DNA of 35,915 nucleotides from Ginkgo biloba (taxonomy: Eukaryota; Plantae; Ginkgophyta), in contig JANKJI020000002.1 in NCBI GenBank assembly GCA_024626585.2, positions 218,299,919 through 218,335,833 on the forward strand, written 5' to 3'. Below are positions 12,961 to 26,900 of the stretch, one piece after another. The translations under genes were made by a program, and so were the position numbers. Below the pieces are notes generated by a model. The model did not search any database. It was not told where the DNA came from and was given only the letters and a program-made list of their open reading frames with translations. The number at the start of each line of letters is the position of its first letter. Positions within the stretch are counted from its first letter, which is position 1.

Positions 12961-13019
12961 ATCTCTCTTTTTTCACTATGGTGATATCCATCATATTTCC
13001 AACAATATTTGAAAATCCC

Positions 13020-16000
13020 TTTTTAATAAATTCCTCAATGTACAACTTACTAGCATGAGGTAACCATTATTTTCTACCAACTTTGTATAACTTAGTAGCA
13101 CCTTACCATGATTCTCTATTTTACTCTTTTACTAGTATAGAATCATATACTAGGAACTCCTAATCATCTAAAATTAGCATTTTAGGTCAAGGATTTCCCT
13201 TCCTCTCATCTAGCATAGAACGTTCATAAATTTTGAAATTATCAACATTAAAAACTAGGTAGATCTCCATATAAGTAGGTAGATCCAACTTGAAGTAATT
13301 ATATTCCATTTACTCTAAGAAATCAAATGGGACATATTGGATTAGTTTCATATTAATATTTATACCTTATAACCTTTATTTAGTTATATGTAACCATATT
13401 ATATCTCTAAAATAAAATTTATGATCAATCTTATGCTTTCCATTCCTAGCTTTGTACCTTTATTAACTCTTCAATAAGGTCTCTTGTATATATTACAATA
13501 CCTATTTAATACGTTCAGTAAATCTCATTTCCCACTGATGGATAGGCATCTCTTTAGTTGAACTCACTTTTAGTTTCATGCTACTAATTGCTATATGATT
13601 GCGATACAATAATCCCAAATAATATTTGAATTGAGAAAATTAGGTTTATCTATGAATTGACCTATTATAGGTATACTATATGTATAAAATACTATCATCC
13701 TAATTCTTAGGATTATTGTGATTATACATCCCTAAGAGTTGCACTAACATTGTATTGATAACTTTAGGTTGTCCATTAGTCTAAGGGTAAAATGGTGTAC
13801 TCATCTTTAAATTAATTCCCATCATTTTCCATAATTTTTCCCAAAATAACTAAAACATTTGTTATACTTATTATAAATAATGGATGTGGATAGTACAAAA
13901 TAAACCCACACATGATAAANNNNNNNNNNNTCTACCCTATTATGGTATTTTTATATGGAATTAGTAAAACTATCTTGTTGATCATTTACTCCACTACAAA
14001 TAATATCTTTAAATGATTATTTATTCATGGAGATATACTCTTATAGTCTAACTAGAATGAGAAAAAGAATTATTTTCTTTGAATTACAATTTTCTAGTTT
14101 ACAAATACAATATGATTCATATAAATTTATATATATAACAATATCTTATGATATATTGGGCCAANNNNNNNNNNNNNNNNNNNNNNNNNNNNNNNNNNNN
14201 NNNNNNNNNNNNNNNNNNNNNNNNNNNNNNNNNNNNNNNNNNNNNNNNNNNNNNNNNNNNNNNNNNNNNNNNNNNNNNNNNNNNNNNNNNNNNNNNNNNN
14301 NNNNNNNNNNNNNNNNNNNNNNNNNNNNNNNNNNNNNNNNNNNNNNNNNNNNNNNNNNNNNNNNNNNNNNNNNNNNNNNNNNNNNNNNNNNNNNNNNNNN
14401 NNNNNNNNNNNNNNNNNNNNNNNNNNNNNNNNNNNNNNNNNNNNNNNNNNNNNNNNNNNNNNNNNNNNNNNNNNNNNAAAGTATATTTCCTTGATATATT
14501 CAAATATAAAACCTTCAATCTTAATAAAATAACTTAAGTACACAATGATATTTATAAAAATAGAATAAAAATTTATCACTAGAAATTTTTTTATACCTAA
14601 TTACAATGTTAAATTATTACAATTACATGACCCATTTAAGATGCCTTATGATCTATATTTGGAATAAGTATATATATATAATATATAATTATGGTCTAAT
14701 TGCATAACAAACTCATTATCAAGTAGATAATTCATTCAATTATTTATTTCTTAGACCAATTNNNNNNNNNNNNNNNNNNNNNNAAATATATTTTTCCAAT
14801 ATGGAATGCACTTTCACTAGCTATTAAAAGGTCTCAGAATAATAGGTAACTGGCTTATCCTACCAACTCAAAAATACTTATAAAAAAATACTTAAGGAAT
14901 TTGTATTAATATTAAATGATAAATTTATGTCTAGTAATTCCAAATTAATATCATACAAACATAGTTCTTAATCTATTCAAAATATTTCTGCTAAAATGTT
15001 GCATTCCCCTTTATCAAATAAATTAGACATAGGGATATCTCAAAGTAGCCCCTAATATTTTTTTTTAAATATTTTGATAAGAACATGAATATTATAAGAT
15101 AATGTAGGTTATATGGTGTATGTTAATTCTAAATTACTTTAGCCATAGTAGTATCAATACTAAGCCCTACTACATCTACCTTCAAGCCTAAGTAGATTAT
15201 ATCCTTCATAGAAAAGGTGCAATTCTTGAGGTTAGTATAAAGTTGTTCATTATTAAATGTTTAAAGAAATATTTCTACATGTTATATTTTTTCCTCTTAT
15301 TTCTTTTTGTAAATAAAAATTTATTCCAAATGAATGATGAAATTTTTTTCCAAATAAGTTCTTAGAACCCCATTCATTTATCATGCCAAGATTGTTGATT
15401 CATTATTTAATATAACTTGCAAGACCATGCATTAAAATAATTCCTATATATTATTCAATGTATNNNNNNNNNNCTCCTATATATGAACTTGATGGTATCT
15501 AAATTTGAGGTCAATCTTAATAATATATTTTTCTCATTAAATTTGATCCAAAAACTCCATAATCCTTGAAAAAGGATGCATGATCTTGTTCAATGTTCAA
15601 TAGTCAATTCACATTATTTAAGTTATATATTTCTTAGGGAACTAAAATAAAAAAATAAACACATGGTGATTTACTAATCCTAACATTAAATTTATAAAAT
15701 AAATCTTGGAATTATTTCTTAATATCCTCATTTTTTTAACACTGAGATTCTATAAAGAAATAAATTTAGAAGGATAACTACTTGTAGAAACTTAATGCTA
15801 TGATTAATGGATATCTTATGTAACATTCCTTATAGTTCCTTAAAGACACTATCATAATAATATAGGATGTTGTCAATGTGTCTTTATTCCCCTTCATTTT
15901 ATACAACTAAGTTTCCATGATTTTCATTTACTAATGGGACCTCTCTAGGTCTTAATATTAATCAAATAAGCATAAGGGAGGAACTTACTAATAAATTATC

Positions 16001-16050
16001 TTGTTCTACATTGATGAGAAAAATTATCTCCAGGTTTTTCATTGACCAAT
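13020..16050 (-). pseudogene. Ty3/gypsy pol remnant (RT, RNase H, integrase), element B
   Basis: Minus strand: RT N-terminus LYRISVLKNEDIKK*FQDL...SKSPC (~15660-15760); RNase H region PVTYYS (~14840); integrase HVWVYFVLSTSII...LWKMMGINLKMSTPFYP*TNGQPKVINTMLVQLL (cf. STAFHPQTDGQTEVVNRTL, ~13740-13915); GPY/F-region FKLDLPTYMEIYLVFNVDN (~13250-13300). Confidence 0.92.
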
Positions 16051-16169
16051 ATTAGCTTATCCTTCTCTNNNNNNNNNNNNNNNNNNNNNNNNNNNNNNNN
16101 NNNNNNNNNNNNNNNNNNNNNNNNNNNNNNNNNNNNNNNNNNNNNNNNNNNNNNNNNNNNNNNNNNNNA

Positions 16170-19100
16170 AGAAGGTAGGCCTAGATATTACCATGAGTTA
16201 GAACTAAAATAAGAGGTGGAAGAATGAGAATAATAAATGCCTAAGGAATTGGATGATATTTCCATAGAGTTACTGAAGAATTATAAAGTGGATAAAAAAT
16301 GGAAGTTGTGATCTTTGGAGGGAGATTGAAACTAAAATATTTGTTGGATTAGGTAGGAACTATAGAGAAATATTTTGACTAGGAGGATATAGAAGACCTA
16401 AAGAGAGGATGTGAAAGGGAAAGGAGAAGATTCACACATGGAACAAGATGGCGAAAAAGATGAAAGGAAAATTCTTTCCTATGGAGTATAGATAGAGATT
16501 TTTTAGGGATTTCTAAGATCTAATACAAAGAGACAAAAGTATATAAGGGTACACTGAAGAATTCTATAAACTATCCATTAGGAGTGGATATCATAAAGGA
16601 GAAGAACAATTAATGTCAATATATATGAAGGGTTTAAATTTCCTTATCTAAAATGAGATATTTATTCACCGAATGAAGTCAATGGAAGAGGTATACCAAT
16701 TAGAATTGAAGGTTGAAAAGAAGTTATCTAGAATTATAAGGAAAATATCCATGATGAGGGGATCAAAATCCTTATTCTATAAGTAGATAGTAAGCACCAA
16801 GATATGGAGTGGAGAGAGTAGTTCTAGGATCGATACAATAGTAATGTACTAACATGGCCTACAGATAATACCTATAGGAGAAGCTTTTACCTAGTGAATG
16901 AAGGGTTTGAATGAGTTCTTTTAGTTGGCATAGGAGTTTATACACCAAGAAGATCGATAATTTTTTATAGGTTTGGTGTAGAGGGCCACTAAGAATTCAA
17001 GTGACTAAGAATATTCAATGATAGAATGAAATGGGAAGAACTAAGAAAGANNNNNNNNNNNNNNNNNNNNNNGAGTTGGTGGTGAAAAATAAGTTAGAGA
17101 GATTGATGGTAAGTACAATGATATTAGTGGCAGGAGTATAAAATCCAAGTAACCAAAAAAATAGACTAAAAAACCAAGCAAGTCTATCGGGAATCTAATG
17201 GTAGAGAATAGAAGGCATTAATCAACAGAGAGAGAAAATTAATCAATCACCAAAGGATGGTAGAAAGTAAATTAAAAAGGATCCTTAGGATTTCAGAGAG
17301 AACTATACCAAGTGATCAAGGACTATTAGAAAGAAAATAGTGAAGTAAGACGATAGTCAATAAGAGACAAGCAATAAAGGAATAATGTGGTGATTTTATA
17401 AATAGCTAATGATAGTCAACCAATAGAGGAAATATACTGACCACCAATAGGAGATATCACACCAATGAATCAAAGTAAAAAAATGATATGGAGAAAATAA
17501 AAAGGATTTTTATGATGATATTCACATCTATTAGTAAAGGTTGCAACGTAATCATCAATGGGAATAGCTATGAAAAAATGGTGTCAAAGGAGATGGTTTA
17601 AAATCTAAGGTTTCTAGAATAGATACATGATGCACCATAAAAAATTTATTTGTTAAATAAAGGAGGGGAGATTGTAGTTAAAGATATATGTCTAGTATTA
17701 TTCCATATTGAAAACTACCATGATCAAGTGTGGTGTGATGTAGTACCAATGGATGCATTTCACCCATTTATAGGGATACCATGGTAATTTAATTAACGAG
17801 AAGTTCACAACAAAATAAGAAATACTTACACTATCTATAAGGATGATAGGAGGTTTATGCTATTACTAATATAAGAAGAAGAGAAGATGTAGGTTATCAT
17901 GTTGATGAAGAAATTCATGAAGAGTATGCAAGTCACAATTGCATGCTATGCATTAGTGGTGAAGAAGGTGGAAGAATGATGACTAGAGATAGCACTAATA
18001 TAAGTTAGAGGACTATTAGATTAATATAAATATATTACTCTAAAGGAGATACTAGTGGGTTTACCACCCAATAGGGTCATAACCAACCAAATTGATTTAA
18101 TTATGAGATCTATTTTNNNNNNNNNNNNNNNNNNNNNNNNNNNNNNNNNNNNNNNNNNNNNNNNNNNNNNNNNNNNNNNNNNNNNNNNNNNNNNNNNNNN
18201 NNNNNNNNNNNNNNNNNNNNNNNNNNNNNNNNNNNNNNNNNNNNNNNNNNNNNNNNNNNNNNNNNNNNNNNNNNNNNNNNNNNNNNNNNNNNNNNNNNNN
18301 NNNNNNNNNNNNNNNAGATTTTTTTTTTTTTTTTTAGATGATATGATGTATTTCTTGGTAGGAGCAATATATTTTTCAAAGGTGGACCTAAGGAGTGATT
18401 ACTAATAGATAAAAATAAGAGAAAGTTATGAGTGAAAAATAACATTCAAAATGAGGGACATATTGTACAAATGGAGGGCCATGACATTTGGTCTATCAAA
18501 TGCACTAAGTATATTCATGTTGCTTATGAACACAATCCTATGACCACTTATAGGAAAAAGTTTCATTATATACTTATATAATATATTGGTTTTTATCAAT
18601 TCTATCAGAGAGAATGTAAAGAACCTATGATAAGTGTTTTAAATACTCAGGAAAGAGAATCTCTTTGTAAATATGAAGAAGTATGGTTTCTTTCAAAGGA
18701 ATCTAGTGTATCTGGGAATTATTATTTCATAAGAAGGGTTAAGGATGGATTCGTATAAGGTGAAGGTGATCTTGGAGTGGATGACACTAACAAATTTCAT
18801 TAAAGTGGGAATTTTATATGGGATAGCCAATTTTTACTACAAGTTCATCCAAAATTATAAAACAATTAAAAAAACCAATGATAGAGCTAATTAAAGGCAA
18901 GGCATTCTAATGGACGATGGTTGTACAACACAATTTTAAGTCATTGAAGAAATAAGTAATGAAATCACCTATCCTGATATTTCCACACATTGATAAGGTT
19001 TTTGAAGTAGAGAATAACACATGAGAGAAAGGAATTAGATCCATTCTTAGCAAGGAGGGTTGATGGATAACATTANNNNNNNNNNNNNNNNNNNNNNNNN

Positions 19101-19339
19101 NNNNNNNNNNNNNNNNNNNNCAATGTATGACTTGGAATTCTATGCCTTGGTATAACTATTAAAATATTATCAATATTATTTTCTACCCAAGGAGTGCATA
19201 CTATACACTAACTATTAGGAATTAAAATTTTTATATTCTCAAAGTAAACTCAATGTCAGGCATGCAAAGTAGGTTGAATTCTTGCAAGCATATTATTTTT
19301 TTCTAAAGAATAATTTTGGGAAGGTGAATTAGTTTTCTA
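16170..19339 (+). pseudogene. Ty3/gypsy gag-protease-RT-RNase H remnant (CRM-like), element C 5' part
   Basis: gag: LLD*VGTIEKYFD*EDIEDLKR and TWNKMAKKMKGKFFPMEY; decayed CCHC knuckle FYRFGVEGH (~16964); protease CNVIINGNS (cf. IIDGGS) and DQVWCDVVPMDA (~17722); RT GLPPNRVITNQIDLI, GAIYFSKVDLRSDY, MTFGLSNA, YLYNILVF (decayed YLDD); RNase H YDLEFYAL (~19126). Confidence 0.93.
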
Positions 19340-19439
19340 NNNNNNNNNNNNNNNNNNNNNNNNNNNNNNNNNNNNNNNNNNNNNNNNNNNNNNNNNNNNN
19401 NNNNNNNNNNNNNNNNNNNNNNNNNNNNNNNNNNNNNNN

Positions 19440-19830
19440 ATACCATTTATATATTTAAAGGGTAGTATATATTTGACACAATGTAATACTATTGCATTTT
19501 GATTGTATATCATGCACTCAATATACTAGTGTATATTTGTCATGTATATAACTAATATACTAATTGTGTAATTTGACTATGTATACTCACTATTATTATT
19601 ATATATATTAGTTGTGTATAGTCAATGCATTGACTATATATGCTAATCGTATAGAATCATTGTATATATTAACTTTATATAGTCAATGCATATAATAACC
19701 AAATTGCACATTATACAATATTGATTATGCTTATTCAATACGTATTAAGTATTAGTAATGTAATTTTATTATGCTACACATATGGATACATTAAAGTTAA
19801 TCAATGCTATGTTAGATTAATAGACTATAG
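19440..19830. repeat. AT-rich low-complexity / degenerate minisatellite
   Basis: Recurrent tatatagtcaatgcat, tgactat and aatatacta motifs; very low GC. Confidence 0.5.
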
Positions 19831-20384
19831 GAAAGTGATTTAAAAGTTAGAAGTCAGAAGCTCAAAATTCGCTTAAAGGTGATTTTAGAGCAACTGAACA
19901 TACTTGGCATGCTATAAGAAGTTATATATAGGAGCATAATTTATGTCAAATAACTTTAGAATATTTAAGGACTTTATTGAGATAGGGAATAAAAATAATT
20001 TGTGGCCAACTTTTCTTTGTATCGATGTACATAAAAAACACCATTTCAAATAACACTACTTTAGAATATATAATATGAGTTTGTGGCTTTCCATACAATT
20101 TAGTGGTTCTATAATATCTAAATGCATATATGCAGTATGTTTGCATATATGTCATGTAGTTACCAATGTACACCTAGGTCTAATGACTATATGCAATTGC
20201 AATATGGGCTTGGACTCTTAATAAACCAACCATAATGACTGTCCACTACTATTATAACAAATATTCCACTTAAAATTGTCTTCAAAAAATATTTGAATAG
20301 TATAAATTACATAATATGAATAGAATACTATTAATACCTAAATGTATTTTATTCATTCACACTGTTAGCCCATCATAATGTAGC

Positions 20385-21125
20385 AAAAGGGGAGGACTCA
20401 CCAAAAGGCTATGGATTTAAAATATCACAAGGTGATGACACGTGTCCTAATCATGGATCCTCATAGATTCATAGTTAGAAAATAAGAATCTCACAAGCCA
20501 AAAGGTCATAATATTCAGAGGCTCATAAGATCATGCCACATGTCTCTATTATGAAAACCTGTATCTCAACACAGTGTAGGAAAAATGGAGAGGGAAAACC
20601 AAAAGGCCATAAGTTAAAAAATCATGAGATCACAACATGTGGAAAGATTCTGTGAGATCCTCTATCACAATAATTGAAGACCCTAAAGACACCTTGGTAG
20701 GAAATATAAGTCTTAATCTTGTAGGATGTCTGCACGTGTTTGAATCTCATGATGTCTCTTCCCTCATGATAGTTAAAAGTCTTAGAAGTGACTCTGGTGA
20801 ATAATGTGAGGTCCAAACTCATGAGATATGGTGATATGTCTTAATCTTAAAAGTTCATAGACACAGGAAGAGTAGGAAAATGAGATAGTATGGCCCACAA
20901 AAATGAGCTCCAATGATGAGATCGTGCCACATATCTCAATCCCAAGATATTTTAACATGAGGTATCATATTAAACAATCAACATTTGAGTCCATGAGATC
21001 CTAAGAACATGCCACTTATCTTAGTCATAGTTTCTCATATATTCATAGGTAGTAAAGGGAAAAAGGGGACCTCAAAAGGGTCACAGGTTTAAAGATCAAA
21101 AAATCCATCCACATGTCTCATTTTT
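20385..21125. repeat. Degenerate ~100 bp tandem array
   Basis: ccaaaagg at 20401, 20498 and 20599 (spacing 97, 101), each followed by catgagat / cacatgtctc-like motifs; further decayed copies at ~20900-21020 and ~21070-21120. Confidence 0.7.
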
Positions 21126-22215
21126 ATGTCTCTTCAAGATGGATTTGGTAGATTAGAAGATAGATGATTCCAATTAGTTTAAAATTGTAATACCTTGACC
21201 CCTCAATATTTTACCATGTATAAGGTTTATATTTAAACAAGAACATAATGTACACAGAGGTAGGAGTCAAAACCATCCTAAGTGGCTCTATTGGATCACT
21301 TATTAGAACCCCATTATATATAATTTTTGGTCTCTACAAGCTGTATTTTGAAAATGGNNNNNNNNNNNNNNNNNNNNNNNNNNNNNNNNNNNNNNNNNNN
21401 NNNNNNNNNNNNNNNNNNNNNNNNNNNNNNNNNNNNNNNNNNNNNNNNNNNNNNNNNNNNNNNNNNNNNNNNNNNNNNNNNNNNNNNNNNNNNNNNNNNN
21501 NNNNNNNNNNNNNNNNNNNNNNNNNNNNNNNNNNNNNNNNNNNNNNNNNNNNNNNNNNNNNNNNNNNNNNNNNNNNNNNNNNNNNNNNNNNNNNNNNNNN
21601 NNNNNNNNNNNNNNNNNNNNNNNNNNNNNNNNNNNNNNNNNNNNNNNNNNNNNNNNNNNNNNNNNNNNNNNNNNNNNNNNNNNNNNNNNNNNNNNNNNNN
21701 NNNNNNNNNNNNNNNNNNNNNNNNNNNNNNNNNNNNNNNNNNNNNNNNNNNNNNNNNNNNNNNNNNNNNNNNNNNNNNNNNNNNNNNNNNNNNNNNNNNN
21801 NNNNNNNNNNNNNNNNNNNNNNAATTATTTTCTTTATGGTTTCATAGCATTGTGTAGAGATAGATATTGGTCATTCAAGACCATTATAACTACCCCAACA
21901 ACAGGATATTTTTGGAGAACATTAATATAGTAGCAGGTAATTTTCCTTTGCATTTGTCTCTGGTTATGCTATGGTTCTCATGATAAAATGACCAATTGCA
22001 TATAGGTAAAGTATCAAGAAAATTGTTTCTATATACATGTTTGGTTATGCCATGGTGTTTGTAATAGAATGTTTTTCTTGACTGGNNNNNNNNNNNNNNN
22101 NNNNNNNNNNCCCTATTGATGAATTTTAAATAGGTATACTATTAAAGATATTTTACTTTGTGATTAGTATAATGATGTCATCCAATTAATGTGTGGTCAA
22201 TTATCAATAGGTTCT

Positions 22216-22233
22216 CCCTCTCTCTCTCTCTCT
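22216..22233. repeat. (CT)n microsatellite
   Basis: Direct reading. Confidence 0.8.
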
Positions 22234-22637
22234 TATTTTGGAAAATTTTCATGGTTTTTGTTGAAATTCTTTTTTTGGCTTGCACTTATCACTGAGATAT
22301 AAGGCCTAGCTCTACCAANNNNNNNNNNNNNNNNNNNNNNNNNNNNNNNNNNNNNNNNTAGTCTATTATCTTCCCTTTTCTATTTCTAGTCACCATTCTA
22401 GTTCTCCTTTTGTTCCCTTTTTTATTTCCTGGAATTGAGCCAAATGCCACTTCTAACACTTTTGTGTAATATCATTTTGTTCTTTTATATTTTTGTTTAT
22501 TATTTACTAAAATGGAATTGCCCGTATTTAAGTCATATGTTCTATTGACACCTTACTGTTGTCCCATCTTAACACTATCTCTTTGAGTTGAACTANNNNN
22601 NNNNNNNNNNNNNNNNNNNNNNNNNNNNNNNNNNNNN

Positions 22638-23840
22638 TAGTATTAAGAACAAGCCGTCAATAGGAAGTAGGTGAAGAAATTTATAGTGAGATATAGAAAT
22701 TGTTAATTATTGAAGGGAAATTCATAAAATGTCAAACTATATAAACCATTATCATTTTTGGAAGGGTCTTAGACTGACATTAATATGGACATTATGTTGG
22801 GGTTTCCTTTCACTTAGAAAGATAATGACTTTATGTTTGTCATAGTTGACCAATTCTAAAAAATACTGCACTTCATACCATATAGGAAGATGAATGACAC
22901 AAGTAGGATAGTAAAATTATTTTTCTAATAAGTGGTAAGATTATATGAATTACCAAAGATAATCACCTCTGATAGGAATAACAGGTTTTTGAGTCATTTT
23001 TTGTGGACTCTATAGAGAAAGTTGGACACTAAATTATAGTATAGTAGTATGTATCACCCATAGACTGATTGACTGAAAAAAGTGATGAATCAATCATTGG
23101 AAAATATTTTGTAGATCTTGGAAGGGAGCAAACCCAAGCAATGGAATATCATATTGGAATAGACATAGTTCACTTATAATATCTTAGTGAATATGTTAAT
23201 GGGTTTGTTTTCATTCAAAATTATGTATGGGAGGGTGTTGAATATAGTGATGGATTTGGTATAGATTTTAGGTGACTAATAAGTTAATAATGATGTCAAG
23301 GCATTGGAAGCTCATATAGAATAGGTCCATGAGGAAGTGAAGTAGAAGATCATATGTACAAGGTAATAGTAGATAATTCTCACCAAACATAAGGAGCTTG
23401 ATGTTGTAGAATTAGTCATAGTATATTTATATAAGGATAGGATTTTAATTGGGATGTATAATAAGATGAGATATAAGAAGATTAAGCCTTATCAAATTGT
23501 TAAGAAGATAAATGAGAATGCCTCTAAAGTGGATTTTTATAATGACTATGAAATTTATCTAGTATTTAATGTGGCCAACTTGTATGGGTATNNNNNNNNN
23601 NNNNNNNNNNNNNNNNNNNNNNNNNNNNNNNNNNNNNNNNNNNNNNNNNNNNNNNNNNNNNNNNNNNNNNNNNNNNNNNNNNNNNNNNNNNATACCACTA
23701 ACTCTTCTAAGATGATACTAAAATAAAGAAATTATATCCTTATACAAAATTAGAATTATAGAGGCTTGGCGTATTTTATCAACTACTCTATAGCTACTAT
23801 AATATAGAGGCATCATCATTCAAGGTGGGAAAATGATTAA
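22638..23840 (+). pseudogene. Ty3/gypsy integrase remnant with PPT (CRM-like), probably element C 3' part
   Basis: DINMDIMLGFP...MFVIVDQF*KILHFIP (cf. DISMDFVLGLP..VVVDRFSKMAHFIP); LPKIITSDRNNRFLSHF; YHP*TD; ORF 23454 YNKMRYKKIKPYQIVKKINENASKVDF..VFNVANLY (GPY/F region); purine tract AAGGTGGGAAAA then TGA at ~23822-23836. Confidence 0.92.
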
Positions 23841-23989
23841 ATAGACCAATAAAATCTAATCCCGGATACTTAAATACTTCTTTAGGAAGATTTATATGGA
23901 GTGGAATCTAATTGTAGTATAATGGACTTCCTATGTACTATCATGCATCACATAATTCCTTAAATTCTCATTTATCACTNNNNNNNNNN

Positions 23990-26900
23990 GAATATAGGTC
24001 CATAATAAGACAACTAGAATGATTTTATAGGCCACTACATTCATACCTATATGTCCACTAGCAAATCCATAATGGGCCTCATTGAGAAATTTATGCATTT
24101 ATTATAGTAGTATACACCTACATAATATGTAATTTGGACCCATCTTAACACAACTTCCCCCATATTCATTAGAATGGATGATCCTTATAGTTTATTTTTC
24201 TCCACCTACTAATGGGTGTGTCTATAGGAAAAGTTACCATGAATAAATGCTCATCCATGCTCGTATATTATTCTAGAACTATGAATATTTTGGACAAATA
24301 AGCATCCAAAAATTCATTTAAAACTCTTATAATTGTCTTTATAGATTAGATTCGTGATAAATTATATGTGACAATATGTCATTTCCCAGGCTATACAACC
24401 ACTCAAAGATTGAATTCTTAAAATATAAAAATCTAATGGCTTATCTATCATTAAATAATAGGTTTACATACCATTTATATCAAGGATTGGTAATACATAA
24501 GATAATAAATTTATTCCTCAACAAATCATGATAAAATGTATGCAAGGCATATAAAATCAACAATCCTTCCCATTATTTAGAACTATAATTTTATTCTAGT
24601 GAATTTATATTACAACTAGCAAAATAAATTGGATGTTCAATACCATATCTCTCCTCTGTGTTCTAGGGTGCATCCAATGGATATATTGGAGTCACTAATA
24701 TGCAAATGAAATTAGTTGGTCCAATATAGAAAGATTAATATTAGTGTTAAGATCAANNNNNNNNNNNNNNNNNNNNNNNNNNNNNNNNNNNNNNNNNNNN
24801 NNNNNNNNNNNNNNNNNNNNNNNNNNNNNNNNNNNNNNNNNNNNNNNNNNNNNNNNNNNNNNNNNNNNNNNNNNNNNNNNNNNNNNNNNNNNNNNNNNNN
24901 NNNNNNNNNNNNNNNNNNNNNNNNNNNNNNNNNNNNNNNNNNNNNNNNNNNNNNNNNNNNNNNNNNNNNNNNNNNNNNNNNNNNNNNNNNNNNNNNNNNN
25001 NNNNNNNNNNNNNNNNNNNNNNNNNNNNNNNNNNNNNNNNNNNNNNNNNNNNNNNNNNNNNNNNNNNNNNNNNNNNNNNNNNNNNNNNNNNNNNNNNNNN
25101 NNNNNNNNNNNNNNNNNNNNNNNNNNNNNNNNNNNNNNNNNNNNNNNNNNNNNNNNNNNNNNNNNNNNNNNNNNNNNNNNNNNNNNNNNNNNNNNNNNNN
25201 NNNNNNNNNNNNNNNNNNNNNNNNNNNNNNNNNNNNNNNNNNNNNNNNNNNNNNNNNNNNNNNNNNNNNNNNNNNNNNNNNNNNNNNNNNNNNNNNNNNN
25301 NNNNNNNNNNNNNNNNNNNNNNNNNNNNNNNNNNNNNNNNNNNNNNNNNNNNNNNNNNNNNNNNNNNNNNNNNNNNNNNNNNNNNNNNNNNNNNNNNNNN
25401 NNNNNNNNNNNNNNNTTGTAAGAAAATATGTTAAATTGTATTACAAAGGTGGTCTTTATACAATGTTTTTTATTAATACGAATCTGATTGGATCCAAAAA
25501 CTCCATCCAAAGGAATAAATTTCAGAACCTATGATATCATCCATAATTATATCCATGAATGGAAGTGGAAAAGGGTTATTTTTGGTGATTTCATTTAATT
25601 TTTGTAAATCCATATTATTTTTGGTGATTTCATTTAATTTTTATAACTCCATATCTCTCCCAATTTTTTAATTAAAAATATAATTGGGAAGGCCCAATAA
25701 TTGGTAATAATTTTAAAAATGAGATTCCTTACATCTAACATTCACTCAAACTTTATTTTTAATTAGGCAACAAACTTTTTATTCATATAGTACAATCATT
25801 GCATTATCAATTTTTCATGTTGTAGTAGTTCAATATGATGCTCACATAATTCCATAATAATGTCTTTGAGTTATTTATAAGGCCATGTGAACACATCTTT
25901 ATACTCTCCAAAAATATTTAATTCCACTTAAATCAATTCTAGATCATAANNNNNNNNNNNNNNNNNNNNNNNNNNNNNNNNNNNNTATTCTTCTAAAGCT
26001 AATTTTTTCTCCATCATAGATGAATCCATGTGTTTAATGTCTTACACTATCTATAATTTATATGCCATATTATAACTCAGGTGAGCATAAAAAAAATGAT
26101 TTATAAAAAGTGGGATGATAAATTAGTTACACCCCTTATGTGAAATGCATTTATTTACAAAGATTCATATTCCTTGACTAGAAATCATATAGAGGTGAGG
26201 ATTTCATCCTTTTCTTATTATCAATGTAGTAAATATTTTCCAAATAATCATCATTATCTAAATATATGTTGAGGATAAGGACTCTTTCCTTTTTTATATA
26301 TCATGAATTATCATCCTCAATCCTATATTGATCTTATTCTAAATTTGAATTAGAGGATTCAAACTCCTCACTAATTGGGTTCTAGATTATATCAATGTAG
26401 AATCTATTTCCTTTATTTATGACCAATGCATTTTATAATGTTAATTACTTGGGAATACTATAGACATTATCACTTTATGCTATGAAAAATACTTCTTTCC
26501 CCATCAACAATTCCTTTTGGATTACTAAACTTTGGTTTTCCATCTGAAGTAAAAATTGCAATGGTTAAAGGAAGGCTTCCTTAATTGAATCCAATATTAT
26601 TCTAAATGATATTGAATCTTGACCCTCTATTAATGATTATATATGGAATCTCCATATATTTAATAGTCATCATAGTAAATTTGACTTAGTCCTTATTGAT
26701 TTTATGAATGGATCTTTATTTCACATTATCAACATAGATATTTTGTTTAATTGTTCCACCCATCTCCAAATATTTTACAATGATTGATGAATCTATTATT
26801 ANNNNNNNNNNNNNNNNNNNNNNNNNNNNNNNNNNNNNNNNNNNNNNNNNNNNNNNNNNNNNNNNNNNNNNNNNNNNNNNNNNNNNNNNNNNNNNNNNNN

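Noticed and set aside
20385-21125. CRISPR-like periodicity
   Set aside because: Repeats are degenerate along the whole unit, with no unique spacers, no cas genes and a eukaryotic TE context.
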